Source: an uncultured Bacteroidales bacterium (lineage in GTDB: Bacteria; Bacteroidota; Bacteroidia; Bacteroidales; PWNQ01). From it: a DNA stretch of 64,000 bases. Both the position numbers and the translations under genes were made by a program. The stretch is taken from contig CAYZDA010000002.1 in the NCBI GenBank assembly GCA_964477095.1, positions 42,259 to 106,258 on the forward strand, given 5' to 3'. This document shows, one piece after another, positions 20,047-28,623 of this stretch (position 1 is its first letter; each line of letters begins with the position of its first letter). The notes beneath the pieces were generated by a model. It worked only from the letters and a program-made list of their open reading frames with translations, was not told the origin of the DNA and made no database searches.

Positions 20047-20181
20047 AGCACAGGCGGCAACAGCGATTCATAAAGCAAAGGCAATGAGAACGTTTTTATA
20101 CGTTCTGGATTATATATTAACACCGCCAAGTAAGGCCTTCGCTTCATAACAGCGTACGTAGCCACACATTAAAAGGAAAAC

Positions 20182-20688
20182 ATGAGACTGATAATTACCT
20201 TTTCATTCGTTCTTTTCACATTGACCACTTTTGGTCAGACGAGGGTTCTTGACAAAGGAAGTGGAGATTACCGAAAATTGGGAAAGGCGGTAACTGTTCT
20301 TGAATTAATAGAGCAAGGAAAAGCTCAAGCCGTGTACTCTCACCTGCCAAACAGCATAACTGTTGACACTATGGAATTTGAAAAAATCATTCACCAGGTT
20401 ACAGAAATTTATCATCATGAAGAAGGCTCAACACCGTCAGCTTTTATCAATGACAAATCTTCTTCTCTTTGGTACGAAAGAACTTATTTCACGCGAACAG
20501 AGACTGGAATTGAATATCAAATCCAAATATATCTAGAACTGATAGAAAATAATGGATCAGTAATGATCTCTAAAATTGAGTTTAGAGAGAAAGATGAGAT
20601 TAAACCAGGGACAAAAGAAATTGAACAACTGGGCAGAGTGGATGAAAATAATCCTCCACCCCCTCCAGCTCCACCAGGAATGAGATAG
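20182..20688 (+). CDS. secreted hypothetical protein with a Pro-rich C-terminus
   Basis: Signal peptide (FSFVLFTLTTFGQ). C-terminal NNPPPPPAPPG. No family recognised. Confidence 0.45.
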   Translation: MRLIITFSFVLFTLTTFGQTRVLDKGSGDYRKLGKAVTVLELIEQGKAQAVYSHLPNSITVDTMEFEKIIHQVTEIYHHEEGSTPSAFINDKSSSLWYERTYFTRTETGIEYQIQIYLELIENNGSVMISKIEFREKDEIKPGTKEIEQLGRVDENNPPPPPAPPGMR

Positions 20689-20945
20689 AAAAAACGTGTG
20701 CCCAATATCCAGGAATATGAGCGGCAGGCTCCCTTTTAGTTATCGGGAGCTCAGCGAGTATTAGATAGCCATCGGAATCCGGCAAGCCGATATTACGACC
20801 CTTCCCTATGTTATATTTTCCAACGTTTTTGGATATATTATGAGGATTTATTTTGAGCGAAAGAGCAGAAATTCAAATAGAAATCCGGGTATTTCGTTTC
20901 CGGCCTCTTTTCTTTTCTTCTGCCAAAACCATAGGATCAAACATG

Positions 20946-21027
20946 ATTTTCTATTACCTTTACAAAGCAAACTGAAAAAATACAAAATAGTAACTTTTAG
21001 CGGGGTTTTTTAGACGGACTGACGTTA
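20946..21027. repeat. 82-bp repeat, copy 2
   Basis: TTTTCTATTACCTTTACAAAG...AGTAACTTTTAGCGGGGTTTTTTAGACGGACTGACGTTAT. The peptide frame of copy 1 is retained (FSITFTKQTEKIQNSNF*), but a TGA sits immediately upstream at 20943. Confidence 0.8.
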
Positions 21028-21106
21028 TAGCCAATTGAAAAATTTCGATCAGAAAAAAGCAATAAAAAACTACTTTAAATGTTCCATTATTAGTTAACTT
21101 TGTTAA

Positions 21107-21463
21107 ATGGACAGAAATCGACAACTTATTTATTTCAAGAACTATTTTTGGAGATTCTTCAACAAGCAACCTGAAAATGTAAAAGATAAAATTGATTACG
21201 TTCTTTACCTTGTGACTTATGCGGAACGGATACCAAAAAAGTTCTTTGATAATTTAAAAGGATATGACGGCTGATTTGAAATCAGGATTGAATTTGAGAG
21301 CAATATTTATAGAATCTTTTGCTGTTTCGACCAGGGAAATATAGTTGTCCTTTTCAACGGGTTTCAAAAAAAGACCCAAAAGACTCCAAAAAAGGAAATT
21401 GAAAAAGCAATGCGGATCAAGAACGAATACTTTGAATTAAAAATCAAAGGAGAAAATAAATGA
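21107..21463 (+). pseudogene. HigB/Gp49-like (DUF891-type) toxin interrupted by an in-frame TGA
   Basis: Hand translation from the ATG at 21107 gives 55 codons (MDRNRQLIYFKNYFWRFFNKQPENVKDKIDYVL...KGYDG). A TGA follows at 21272, then the same frame continues FEIRIEFESNIYRIFCCFDQGNIVVLFNGFQKKTQKTPKKEIEKA... to a TGA at 21461. That stop overlaps the antitoxin ATG (ATGA). Confidence 0.7.
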
Positions 21464-21750
21464 AAAACATAACAACATTTGATGAGCATCTTGACCAAAG
21501 ATACGGCAAGAAAGGAACTGAAAAAAGGACTGAATTTGAAATTAAGGCTAAAGCTTTTGCAATTGGGGAAATCCTTAGAGATGCAAGGAAGCAAGCAAAC
21601 ATGACACAGGAAGAACTTGCAAAAAAAACAGGAACAAGAAAAAGTTTTATATCCCGAATTGAAAATGGTCATAGCGACATTCAATTATCAACCCTTTACA
21701 GACTTGTTGAAATTGGATTTGGAAAAAGTTTAAACCTGACTATCAGATAA
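21460..21750 (+). CDS. XRE-family HTH antitoxin (HigA-like)
   Basis: 96 aa. IGEILRDARKQANMTQEELAKKTGTRKSFISRIENGHSDIQLSTLYRL is a canonical Cro/C1 HTH. The start is coupled to the upstream toxin frame. Confidence 0.8.
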   Translation: MKNITTFDEHLDQRYGKKGTEKRTEFEIKAKAFAIGEILRDARKQANMTQEELAKKTGTRKSFISRIENGHSDIQLSTLYRLVEIGFGKSLNLTIR

Positions 21751-22498
21751 GAATCAACTGGATATAACAGCAGCTCAATTATAACTTTCAAGCACAAGAA
21801 AGATTTGAAGGACAATCTCTACTAATGGAATGCCTGGAAGAAATTCCTTTTAGCTATTCGACCAAAGACAAAGGACCTTTCATGGAAGCTGTGAATCACC
21901 TGGATAGCATTGAACTCGTATTAGTAACTACAAAAAGATGAAAAGACCCGACCTACGCATTTTACTACTTCCAGAAATTCGTGGCGGTTCATGGAGAAAG
22001 CGCTTATTTGGTTTCACCAGAAGTATTTCACAATGAAACCAGTAAGCATTCCTCGCTATTTCTCAATTACAAAAAGAAGACACACTTCTTCTATCGAGCT
22101 GATTGTTTCAGACAAAATTTGAAAGAACATGAAGAACTAAGTTAGATTCTAAAAAAGGAATAAAAACGGCTACCAATAAATTAAGATTTAAGCAGCGCGC
22201 ATTACCTGCAAGTAGTTCCCGATCTGCCCTCGTTTTACGGGCTTGACTTAAATCCAATCCCCTGGCTATATTTTGCGATTTATTGTAGTTTTTGGGAAGC
22301 ATCCGTACCTTTTTGCTTTCAAAACATTATCCTGTTATTTTAAAAAAACATTCCTTTGTAAATAACTCTCCATAAGTAGAAACGAATGCGATAATTTTGA
22401 GAGACTCCTTAGTATAATGAAGGTAATGTATTATATCAGAACATTTACTTGTTTTAATATGAAACATTTTGTATTTTTGTATGGAAAACGATATAAAA

Positions 22499-23296
22499 AT
22501 GGATACGATAAATCAAAAAGAGTTGGGAAATAGAATATCTGAACTTCGGAAGATAAAGGGATATTCTCAATATGAGCTTGCTAAATTGGTGGAAATTTCA
22601 AGACCATCTTTAACTCAGATTGAATTAGGTAATAGAAATGTATCCGTAATCGAACTTAAAAAGATTGCAGATCATCTCTCCATTTCAATTGATAAATTAT
22701 TATCACATGATTTTGAAACTGAGGATATAATTTTTGCTTCCTCTGATTCTCCAGATAGCCAGGAATTAAGAATATCAACACCCAAATTAAATGTCGATAA
22801 GTTTAAAGAAATATTGCTATACATTCTTGAGAAATGTGCAGGCAAACCAAACATAGGAGAAACACTATTATACAAACTATTATATTTTTCTGATTTTAAT
22901 TATTATGAGATATTCGAAGAGCATTTAACAGGTGCAGAGTACAGGAAACTTCCTTTTGGTCCTGTACCCCAGGGGATTGATTCTATTATAAAACAGATGA
23001 TTACAAATAAAATGATAAAAAGGCTTAAAACAGAATATCACGGTTATCCACAAACAAGATATATTCCTTTAATAAAACCAAATTTGAAGCGCCTGAAGGC
23101 AAGTGAAAAAGATATTATTGACAAAGTGATTGAGCAGTTTTCAGACTGGTCTGCATCAGCAATTAGTGATTATTCTCATAAAGATATGCCCTGGTTAGCA
23201 TCAAAAGATGGAGATGTTATTGACTATGAGCTGGCATTTTACAGAGAGCATCCATATTCAGCCAGAACTTACAATGACGATATTTCTGAGCGATGA
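22499..23296 (+). CDS. fused XRE-HTH / DUF4065 (Panacea, SocA-like) antitoxin
   Basis: N-terminal HTH (LGNRISELRKIKGYSQYELAKLVEISRPSLTQIELGNRN). C-terminal ...ETLLYKLLYFSDFNYYEIFEEHLTGAEYRKLPFGPVP... matches the DUF4065 core. The ORF opens at 22469, but a TATTTTTG box at 22472-22479 favours the ATG at 22499. Confidence 0.8.
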   Translation: MDTINQKELGNRISELRKIKGYSQYELAKLVEISRPSLTQIELGNRNVSVIELKKIADHLSISIDKLLSHDFETEDIIFASSDSPDSQELRISTPKLNVDKFKEILLYILEKCAGKPNIGETLLYKLLYFSDFNYYEIFEEHLTGAEYRKLPFGPVPQGIDSIIKQMITNKMIKRLKTEYHGYPQTRYIPLIKPNLKRLKASEKDIIDKVIEQFSDWSASAISDYSHKDMPWLASKDGDVIDYELAFYREHPYSARTYNDDISER

Positions 23297-23637
23297 ACAT
23301 TGAGGAATTAGATGAATATAAGAAGGATTTAAAGAAACTTTCCAGGAAATACAGGACAATAGCTGAAGATATAGAAGTTGTTAAGAAGGTTCTGTTTGTA
23401 AATCCCAATGAAAGACCTCCTTTTAGTTTTAGGATTGATAACCTGGGAATAGAAACGTGTGTAATTAAAGTAAAAAAAATTGCAAGTAAGTCTTTTAAAG
23501 GAAAAGGTGTGAATTCTGGATTTCGATTGGTCTATGCTCACTTTGAAAATGTGAATAAAATTGTTTTAGTTGAGTTATATCACAAATCTAAAAAGGAGAT
23601 TGAAGATAAGGATAGAATTATTAATAATTTTAAGTAA
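23293..23637 (+). CDS. RelE/ParE-superfamily toxin-like protein
   Basis: 114 aa with a 4-nt overlap (ATGA) on the upstream antitoxin. ...KGKGVNSGFRLVYAHFENVNKIVLVELYHKSKKEIEDKD resembles the GyR(l/v)iY...iyhKs tail of RelE/HigB-type toxins. Confidence 0.65.
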   Translation: MNIEELDEYKKDLKKLSRKYRTIAEDIEVVKKVLFVNPNERPPFSFRIDNLGIETCVIKVKKIASKSFKGKGVNSGFRLVYAHFENVNKIVLVELYHKSKKEIEDKDRIINNFK

Positions 23638-23649
23638 AGGAGTATTTAT

Positions 23650-23693
23650 CAAGTGCATATAGTAACGTTTAGCGGTGATTTTTAGATGGACTG
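23650..23693. repeat. 82-bp repeat family, truncated copy 3 (core only)
   Basis: ATAGTAACGTTTAGCGGTGATTTTTAGATGGACTG (23659-23693) matches the copy-2 core at 31/35 and copy 1 at 30/35. The left 40 nt and the terminal ACGTTA are missing or diverged. Confidence 0.65.
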
Positions 23694-24005
23694 TCCCGAA
23701 AATTTGGAGAGACTGCATTGTGCGTTAATTGAGCGAAAAAGAAAAAAACACTTGACATATACGGACTAAAAATGAATATTTGTACGTATTAATAACCCAA
23801 AAGCTTATTTTTGAAAAGAAAACATCATATAGGCCAATTATTTGAGGTTAAATAAATTCAATGGTAACTGGAAAAATGATCTGCATATTCATTCTGTTTA
23901 TCAAATAAGACTAACAAAGTGAGAACAAATTGCAGCTGTAATATTTTCGGTGACTAAAACTTATACGTAAATAATACAGTTTTGAAGATATTAACCAGTC
24001 TGCTT

Positions 24006-24476
24006 ATGAAAACAACAATTTTTGCATTCATTCTTCTACTTCATTCTCTCGTGTTTTATGGCCAAAACAGGGTTTATAACATTAAAGACACTACCAATGA
24101 AGGCCTTACCATGAGCGACCTTGACAGCATATATAAAAATGGTCTATCGGCGAATGATTCTACAAATCCTGTGTTCTCTCATGAGGCTTTTGATTCGATA
24201 GTAAAGCCGGAAAGACAGAAACTTCTGCGAAACCTCCGCGCTCATTTTGACGATAATGGGTTTAACTGGCAACCTGCATTAATGATCTGGACGCGTATGT
24301 ACGTGGATGAAAATGGCAGGATCGACTATCTTCTTTACCATTTTATAACTCCCATTAACAGCATAAAAGAAGCAGAATTTCGAAAAACAGTCAACAAATT
24401 TCTAATGGAAAACAAGTTAAACATTTCAGCTCCGGTAAAATTTTCCATCTGTGGCAGAGTGGTATTTAAAGAATGA
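24006..24476 (+). CDS. secreted hypothetical protein
   Basis: Signal peptide (MKTTIFAFILLLHSLVFYGQ) from the ATG at 24006 within ORF 23982..24476. No family recognised. Confidence 0.45.
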   Translation: MKTTIFAFILLLHSLVFYGQNRVYNIKDTTNEGLTMSDLDSIYKNGLSANDSTNPVFSHEAFDSIVKPERQKLLRNLRAHFDDNGFNWQPALMIWTRMYVDENGRIDYLLYHFITPINSIKEAEFRKTVNKFLMENKLNISAPVKFSICGRVVFKE

Positions 24477-24631
24477 TGAACTGGCCCATAGAACGGAAAA
24501 ATGACAAAATTCCAATAATTCTTAAATTTGTAAGATTCGTTTATATACTCGACAATGAAGGGAAAAAAATTGCGCTGTGGGAGCCAAATGATCCTGAATA
24601 TGAAAAATTGGTTGAAGGCAGAACGAAATAA
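24473..24631 (+). CDS. possible 52-aa ORF translationally coupled to the upstream gene (below the ORF-track cutoff)
   Basis: Hand translation: MMNWPIERKNDKIPIILKFVRFVYILDNEGKKIALWEPNDPEYEKLVEGRTK*. Its ATG overlaps the upstream TGA (ATGA). Confidence 0.3.
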   Translation: MMNWPIERKNDKIPIILKFVRFVYILDNEGKKIALWEPNDPEYEKLVEGRTK

Positions 24632-24699
24632 ATTAACAGCACCCAATAAATAGGGTCTGCTGAAAAACACATGTGAAATAAAATAATAATTTACCCCAG

Positions 24700-25143
24700 T
24701 TGAGAAAGTTTATCATTCCTCCGGTTTTTGTGGCACTATCAGTCCTGCTGATGGTGGGCTTTTACTTTGCACTTCCAGCCTTTCAGATATTGCCTTTCCC
24801 TTTAAATCTGTCAGGCATTCCCATAAGTATTGCAGGTTTTATAATTATGGGGAAATCCAGGGATTTATTCAAAAAACATCAAACCACTCTTGATATAAAA
24901 CCTTCAACTTACCTGATTCGGGAAGGCATTTTCGCCAAATCAAGAAACCCCATGTATCTGGGCATGTTCCTGTTGCTGCTGGGACTGGGCTTTTGTTTTG
25001 GTAATCTGTTTTCTCTGATCACACCTCTGTTGTTTATTTTACTCATGCATTTTATATTTGTGCTGAAGGAAGAAAAAATGATGGAGCAGGAATTCCGGCA
25101 GGAATACCAGGAATATAAGGTAAAAGTAAAAAGATGGATTTGA
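24700..25143 (+). CDS. isoprenylcysteine carboxyl methyltransferase (ICMT)-family membrane methyltransferase
   Basis: 147 aa, 4 TM helices. SRNPMYLGMFLLLLG and C-terminal EEKMMEQEFRQEYQEYKVKVKRWI are the family hallmark. TTG start. Confidence 0.7.
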   Translation: MRKFIIPPVFVALSVLLMVGFYFALPAFQILPFPLNLSGIPISIAGFIIMGKSRDLFKKHQTTLDIKPSTYLIREGIFAKSRNPMYLGMFLLLLGLGFCFGNLFSLITPLLFILLMHFIFVLKEEKMMEQEFRQEYQEYKVKVKRWI

Positions 25144-25390
25144 ATGATTATTAAGGACAGTGTGGACGGCCTGAGCAGGGAGATAGAAAATGGCAGGCTC
25201 CTGAAAAGACCAGGTTTTGTTGTCCGGCGGATGATTCACCTTTGTTTTCAATAGTTCACATGAATATTGAAGCGGTAGATCACAGTGTAAGCTGCAAAAA
25301 AATGCCGCAACAGATATTCCGGTGTCTTTGACGGTAAGCATTGATTCTGACAGACTACAATCAAAAGCAATAAATAAAAAGCTTAATATT

Positions 25391-25876
25391 ATGGAGACCG
25401 TGGAAAAACTTGAAAGGCGCAGCACGCACGTTCATCAGGTAGGTATTGAGGCACCTGCTGCAAAAGTATGGGATTTCCTGCTTAATATTGAACATAATTA
25501 TACGCGGTGGCATCCCTCGGATCATGTACTTTTTAAATGGACCGGAGGTGAACCAATGGCGAAAGGTTCAACCTTTTATGCCGAACAAATGATGATGAAC
25601 AATAAGGTGAAATACAAAGGAATGATAACCGAAAGCCTACCGGGCAGAAAAATTAGCATGAAATTTTCATTTCCACTTTCACTGATCACAGAAAAAATAG
25701 AAATGATCATTGAGGATCATGGCAAATACTCTACCTTCAAGCATATCACCCATCTAAAATTTCTTTTCTTATCACGCACGATTTTCAGAAAAAGAAACTT
25801 GCGAATGCTTAGCGATATGGACCTTCATGTAAAAACCGAAGCAGAAAACATGAAACAGTTGCTGGATGAGCATTAA
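25391..25876 (+). CDS. SRPBCC (START/polyketide-cyclase-like) family protein
   Basis: IEAPAAKVWDFLLNIEHNYTRWHP... is the typical SRPBCC N-terminus. ATG at 25391 within ORF 25322..25876. Confidence 0.55.
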   Translation: METVEKLERRSTHVHQVGIEAPAAKVWDFLLNIEHNYTRWHPSDHVLFKWTGGEPMAKGSTFYAEQMMMNNKVKYKGMITESLPGRKISMKFSFPLSLITEKIEMIIEDHGKYSTFKHITHLKFLFLSRTIFRKRNLRMLSDMDLHVKTEAENMKQLLDEH

Positions 25877-26302
25877 GCATTAGTAGTATCATGATGATTA
25901 TTTTTTTCAGACCGGCTTAAGATTAGTGGTGTTAATTATACCATAACAGTCTGTTTTACCGCTTAATAAACATCCCGTTCATTATTTGTCTTATTTAGTA
26001 AATCTGTCAGCTAAAGGAAATATGACTGATCCAGGAGACAAACAAATAATGGAATACTTCCAAAAGCTGGAGAATGCTAAATCAAATGATTTTTTTGATG
26101 AAATAAATTGAGGCAAATAAACCAGAGATTATTACAAATAATTATAATATATGGAAGTAGCAATTCAAAACCTACCTCACTAACTCAATCAGATGGATAT
26201 AAATCTTTTATTAAGAAGATTGAAAGCTACAATTATAATAATAACTGTAGCAAATTGGCCACTTATCCTATAGCAACAAAAAGGTTCCCGAAAGAATTAA
26301 AC

Positions 26303-27634
26303 CTACAACAATCCCCTGTTTTTAATTTCCAGGTATTTATTGATGCTGTTCACTGTCAGGTCTTCCGGGCGTGTTACCAGGTGGTGGATTCCATAACGCC
26401 CCAGTTCCTTTAGTGCCTGATTCTTTTCAAACATAAAACTTTCCGCTATGGTACGTGTGTAAATCTGTTCGAGATTTTTAGCTTCCTGCTTCGTGATATC
26501 CGTTAGGGTGGTGTTTTCAAATGCCACTACCAGCACCAAATGCCTTGAGGCAAGATGCTTCAGGTAACCGGCCTGCCGCTCGATACCATAGCGGCTCATG
26601 TAGTTGGTGAAAATTATCAGCAGGCTGCGGGTGCTTATCCGGTTACGGATCATATTCAGCACACCTTCCAGGCTGGACTCCCTGAAATCCGTTTTTTGAT
26701 TATACAGGCTTTCCATTAAAAGCTTAAACTGGTTATGTCTTGATTCGGCAGGCAAAAACTGGTGCAGCTTATTGGTATAGCTGAGCATACCAAAGCGGTC
26801 TTTGTTTTTCAGTGCCACCCTTCCCAGTGCCAGGCTGGCATTAATAGCGTAATCCAGATAGGTCATACCTTTAAAGGCCATTTCCATGCTGCGGCCCATA
26901 TCAATCAGGCTATAGATATTCTGTGCTCTCTCTTGCTGATAATAATTGGCCATCAGGGCATTCTTCCTGGCCGTAGCTTTCCAGTTAATATGACGCGGCT
27001 CATCGCCAGGCACATAGTTTTTGATATGCTCAAATTCTACATTATGTCCCGCCTGCCTGATCCTTTTATTACCATATGGGCTCTTAAGCGAAGCAAAAGA
27101 ATAAAAATCAATGTTTTTAATCTGCTGAAAAGATGGATAGACCTTGACGGTGCTGTGCTGCTTAAATTCAAATCTGCGTTCCACCAAACCCCACAGGGCG
27201 CGGGCAAAAACATTTATATTGCCGAAAGTGAATTCACCCCGCTTCACCGGAATCAGGTGGTATTTCTCCTCCATTAAAGATCCGGCCCCTATTTTTTTCA
27301 CCAGTGAAAAATCCCTGATCTGAAAAACAACAGGAATCTCATCGATCACCGTAACATCAACAGCAAAGGAATAATTATTTATAATACTGATAGATACCGG
27401 GTTTTCATCACCGTTGGAGAACATTTCAGCCAGTTCCCGCTTTGCTGAAACTCCGTGTTTATTGCCATATAACATAATAATTTCCAGCATAATTATTATA
27501 GCAAAAGTCATCAGTATTATATTGGCCGGGACTATCAGCCACACTATCCAGGTTCCCGCCACGTATAAGGCACTAATGGCCAAAAGAGCAATAAAAAAGC
27601 GTTTATTTAAAAACAACGACCTGATAAACTTCAT
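26303..27634 (-). CDS. DUF58 (vWA-like) protein, MoxR partner
   Basis: 443 aa. Two N-terminal TM helices. ...FEHIKNYVPGDEPRHINWKATAR... is the DUF58 signature. 1-nt overlap with moxR. Confidence 0.8.
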   Translation of the reverse strand: MKFIRSLFLNKRFFIALLAISALYVAGTWIVWLIVPANIILMTFAIIIMLEIIMLYGNKHGVSAKRELAEMFSNGDENPVSISIINNYSFAVDVTVIDEIPVVFQIRDFSLVKKIGAGSLMEEKYHLIPVKRGEFTFGNINVFARALWGLVERRFEFKQHSTVKVYPSFQQIKNIDFYSFASLKSPYGNKRIRQAGHNVEFEHIKNYVPGDEPRHINWKATARKNALMANYYQQERAQNIYSLIDMGRSMEMAFKGMTYLDYAINASLALGRVALKNKDRFGMLSYTNKLHQFLPAESRHNQFKLLMESLYNQKTDFRESSLEGVLNMIRNRISTRSLLIIFTNYMSRYGIERQAGYLKHLASRHLVLVVAFENTTLTDITKQEAKNLEQIYTRTIAESFMFEKNQALKELGRYGIHHLVTRPEDLTVNSINKYLEIKNRGLL

Positions 27635-28623
27635 TACCGCGGGATTTTGATGTCGGCTATAATTTGTTCGATTATTTCCCTGGGGGTAATGCCTTCCATT
27701 TCCCTGTCGGGACTGAGAATAATACGGTGCAGCATCACGTAGGGAGCTACAAGCTGCACATCATCCGGGATGACAAAATCTCTGCCGTTGAGGGCGGCAT
27801 TTGCCCGGGCTGCAGAGAGTATTCCCAGCGAAGCCCTGGGTGAAGCACCCAGGAACAGGTCAGGATTATTGCGTGTAGCATGCACTATTTCCACGATATA
27901 ATTCCTGATCTCTTTTTCCACGCGGATGTCCTGCAGAATCCTCCGGCTTTCCGCCAGCTCCTCACGAGTTACTACCGCCTCAATATGCTCTTCCGTGAGC
28001 CTGGATTCATCCTCCTGGAAGTGCTCAAGAATCAGGTTTTCTTCTTGCTTATCAGGATAATCCACGATGATCTTAAACAAAAAACGGTCGAGCTGGGCTT
28101 CCGGAAGGCGGTAAGTTCCTTCCAGGTCCACCGGATTTTGGGTAGCGATGACCAGGAAAGGCGGATCGAGCTTATAGGTTTTGCCGTCAGCAGTTATCTG
28201 GCGCTCCTCCATTACTTCAAACAGCGCAGCCTGTGTTTTGGCAGGCGCACGGTTCACTTCGTCCACCAGCACGATGTTGGAAAACAAAGGTCCTTTATAA
28301 AACTCAAAGGTTGCTTTCTGTGCATTATAAACTGATGTGCCGGTGAGATCCGATGGCAAGAGATCAGGAGTGAACTGCACCCGCTTAAAATCAGCTTTGA
28401 TAGTACGGGCCATCAGCCGCGCTGTTAGAGTCTTGGCGATACCGGGCACCCCTTCCAGCAGCACATGCCCATCTGACATTAAGGCAATCAGCAGCAATTC
28501 AATCATCTGATCCTGTCCAACGATTACTTTCTTTATTTCCTGACGAAGCGCGCCGGCCTTTTGGCTGAATGGCTCCAGGTCTATCCTGTTTTCAAAGATT
28601 CCCTCTGTATTTTCTTCACTCAT
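27634..28623 (-). CDS. MoxR-family AAA+ ATPase
   Basis: Walker A LLEGVPGIAKT and Walker B LVDEVNRAPAKTQ. ...VIATQNPVDLEGTYRLPEAQLDRF is diagnostic of MoxR/RavA-type ATPases. Confidence 0.9.
   Translation of the reverse strand: MSEENTEGIFENRIDLEPFSQKAGALRQEIKKVIVGQDQMIELLLIALMSDGHVLLEGVPGIAKTLTARLMARTIKADFKRVQFTPDLLPSDLTGTSVYNAQKATFEFYKGPLFSNIVLVDEVNRAPAKTQAALFEVMEERQITADGKTYKLDPPFLVIATQNPVDLEGTYRLPEAQLDRFLFKIIVDYPDKQEENLILEHFQEDESRLTEEHIEAVVTREELAESRRILQDIRVEKEIRNYIVEIVHATRNNPDLFLGASPRASLGILSAARANAALNGRDFVIPDDVQLVAPYVMLHRIILSPDREMEGITPREIIEQIIADIKIPR

Noticed and set aside
20600-20785. Minus-strand ORF (…GLPDSDGYLILAELPITKREPAAHIPGYW…) between the secreted-protein gene and repeat copy 2, possibly a fragment of a decayed gene.
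   Set aside because: It overlaps the 3' end of the plus-strand gene. No family is recognised and no intact start context is present.
25895-25905. CAGACCG matches 7 nt of the tRNA-Asp 3' end and could mark an island attR.
   Set aside because: A 7-mer match is expected by chance in a 12-kb region, and there is no extended identity.
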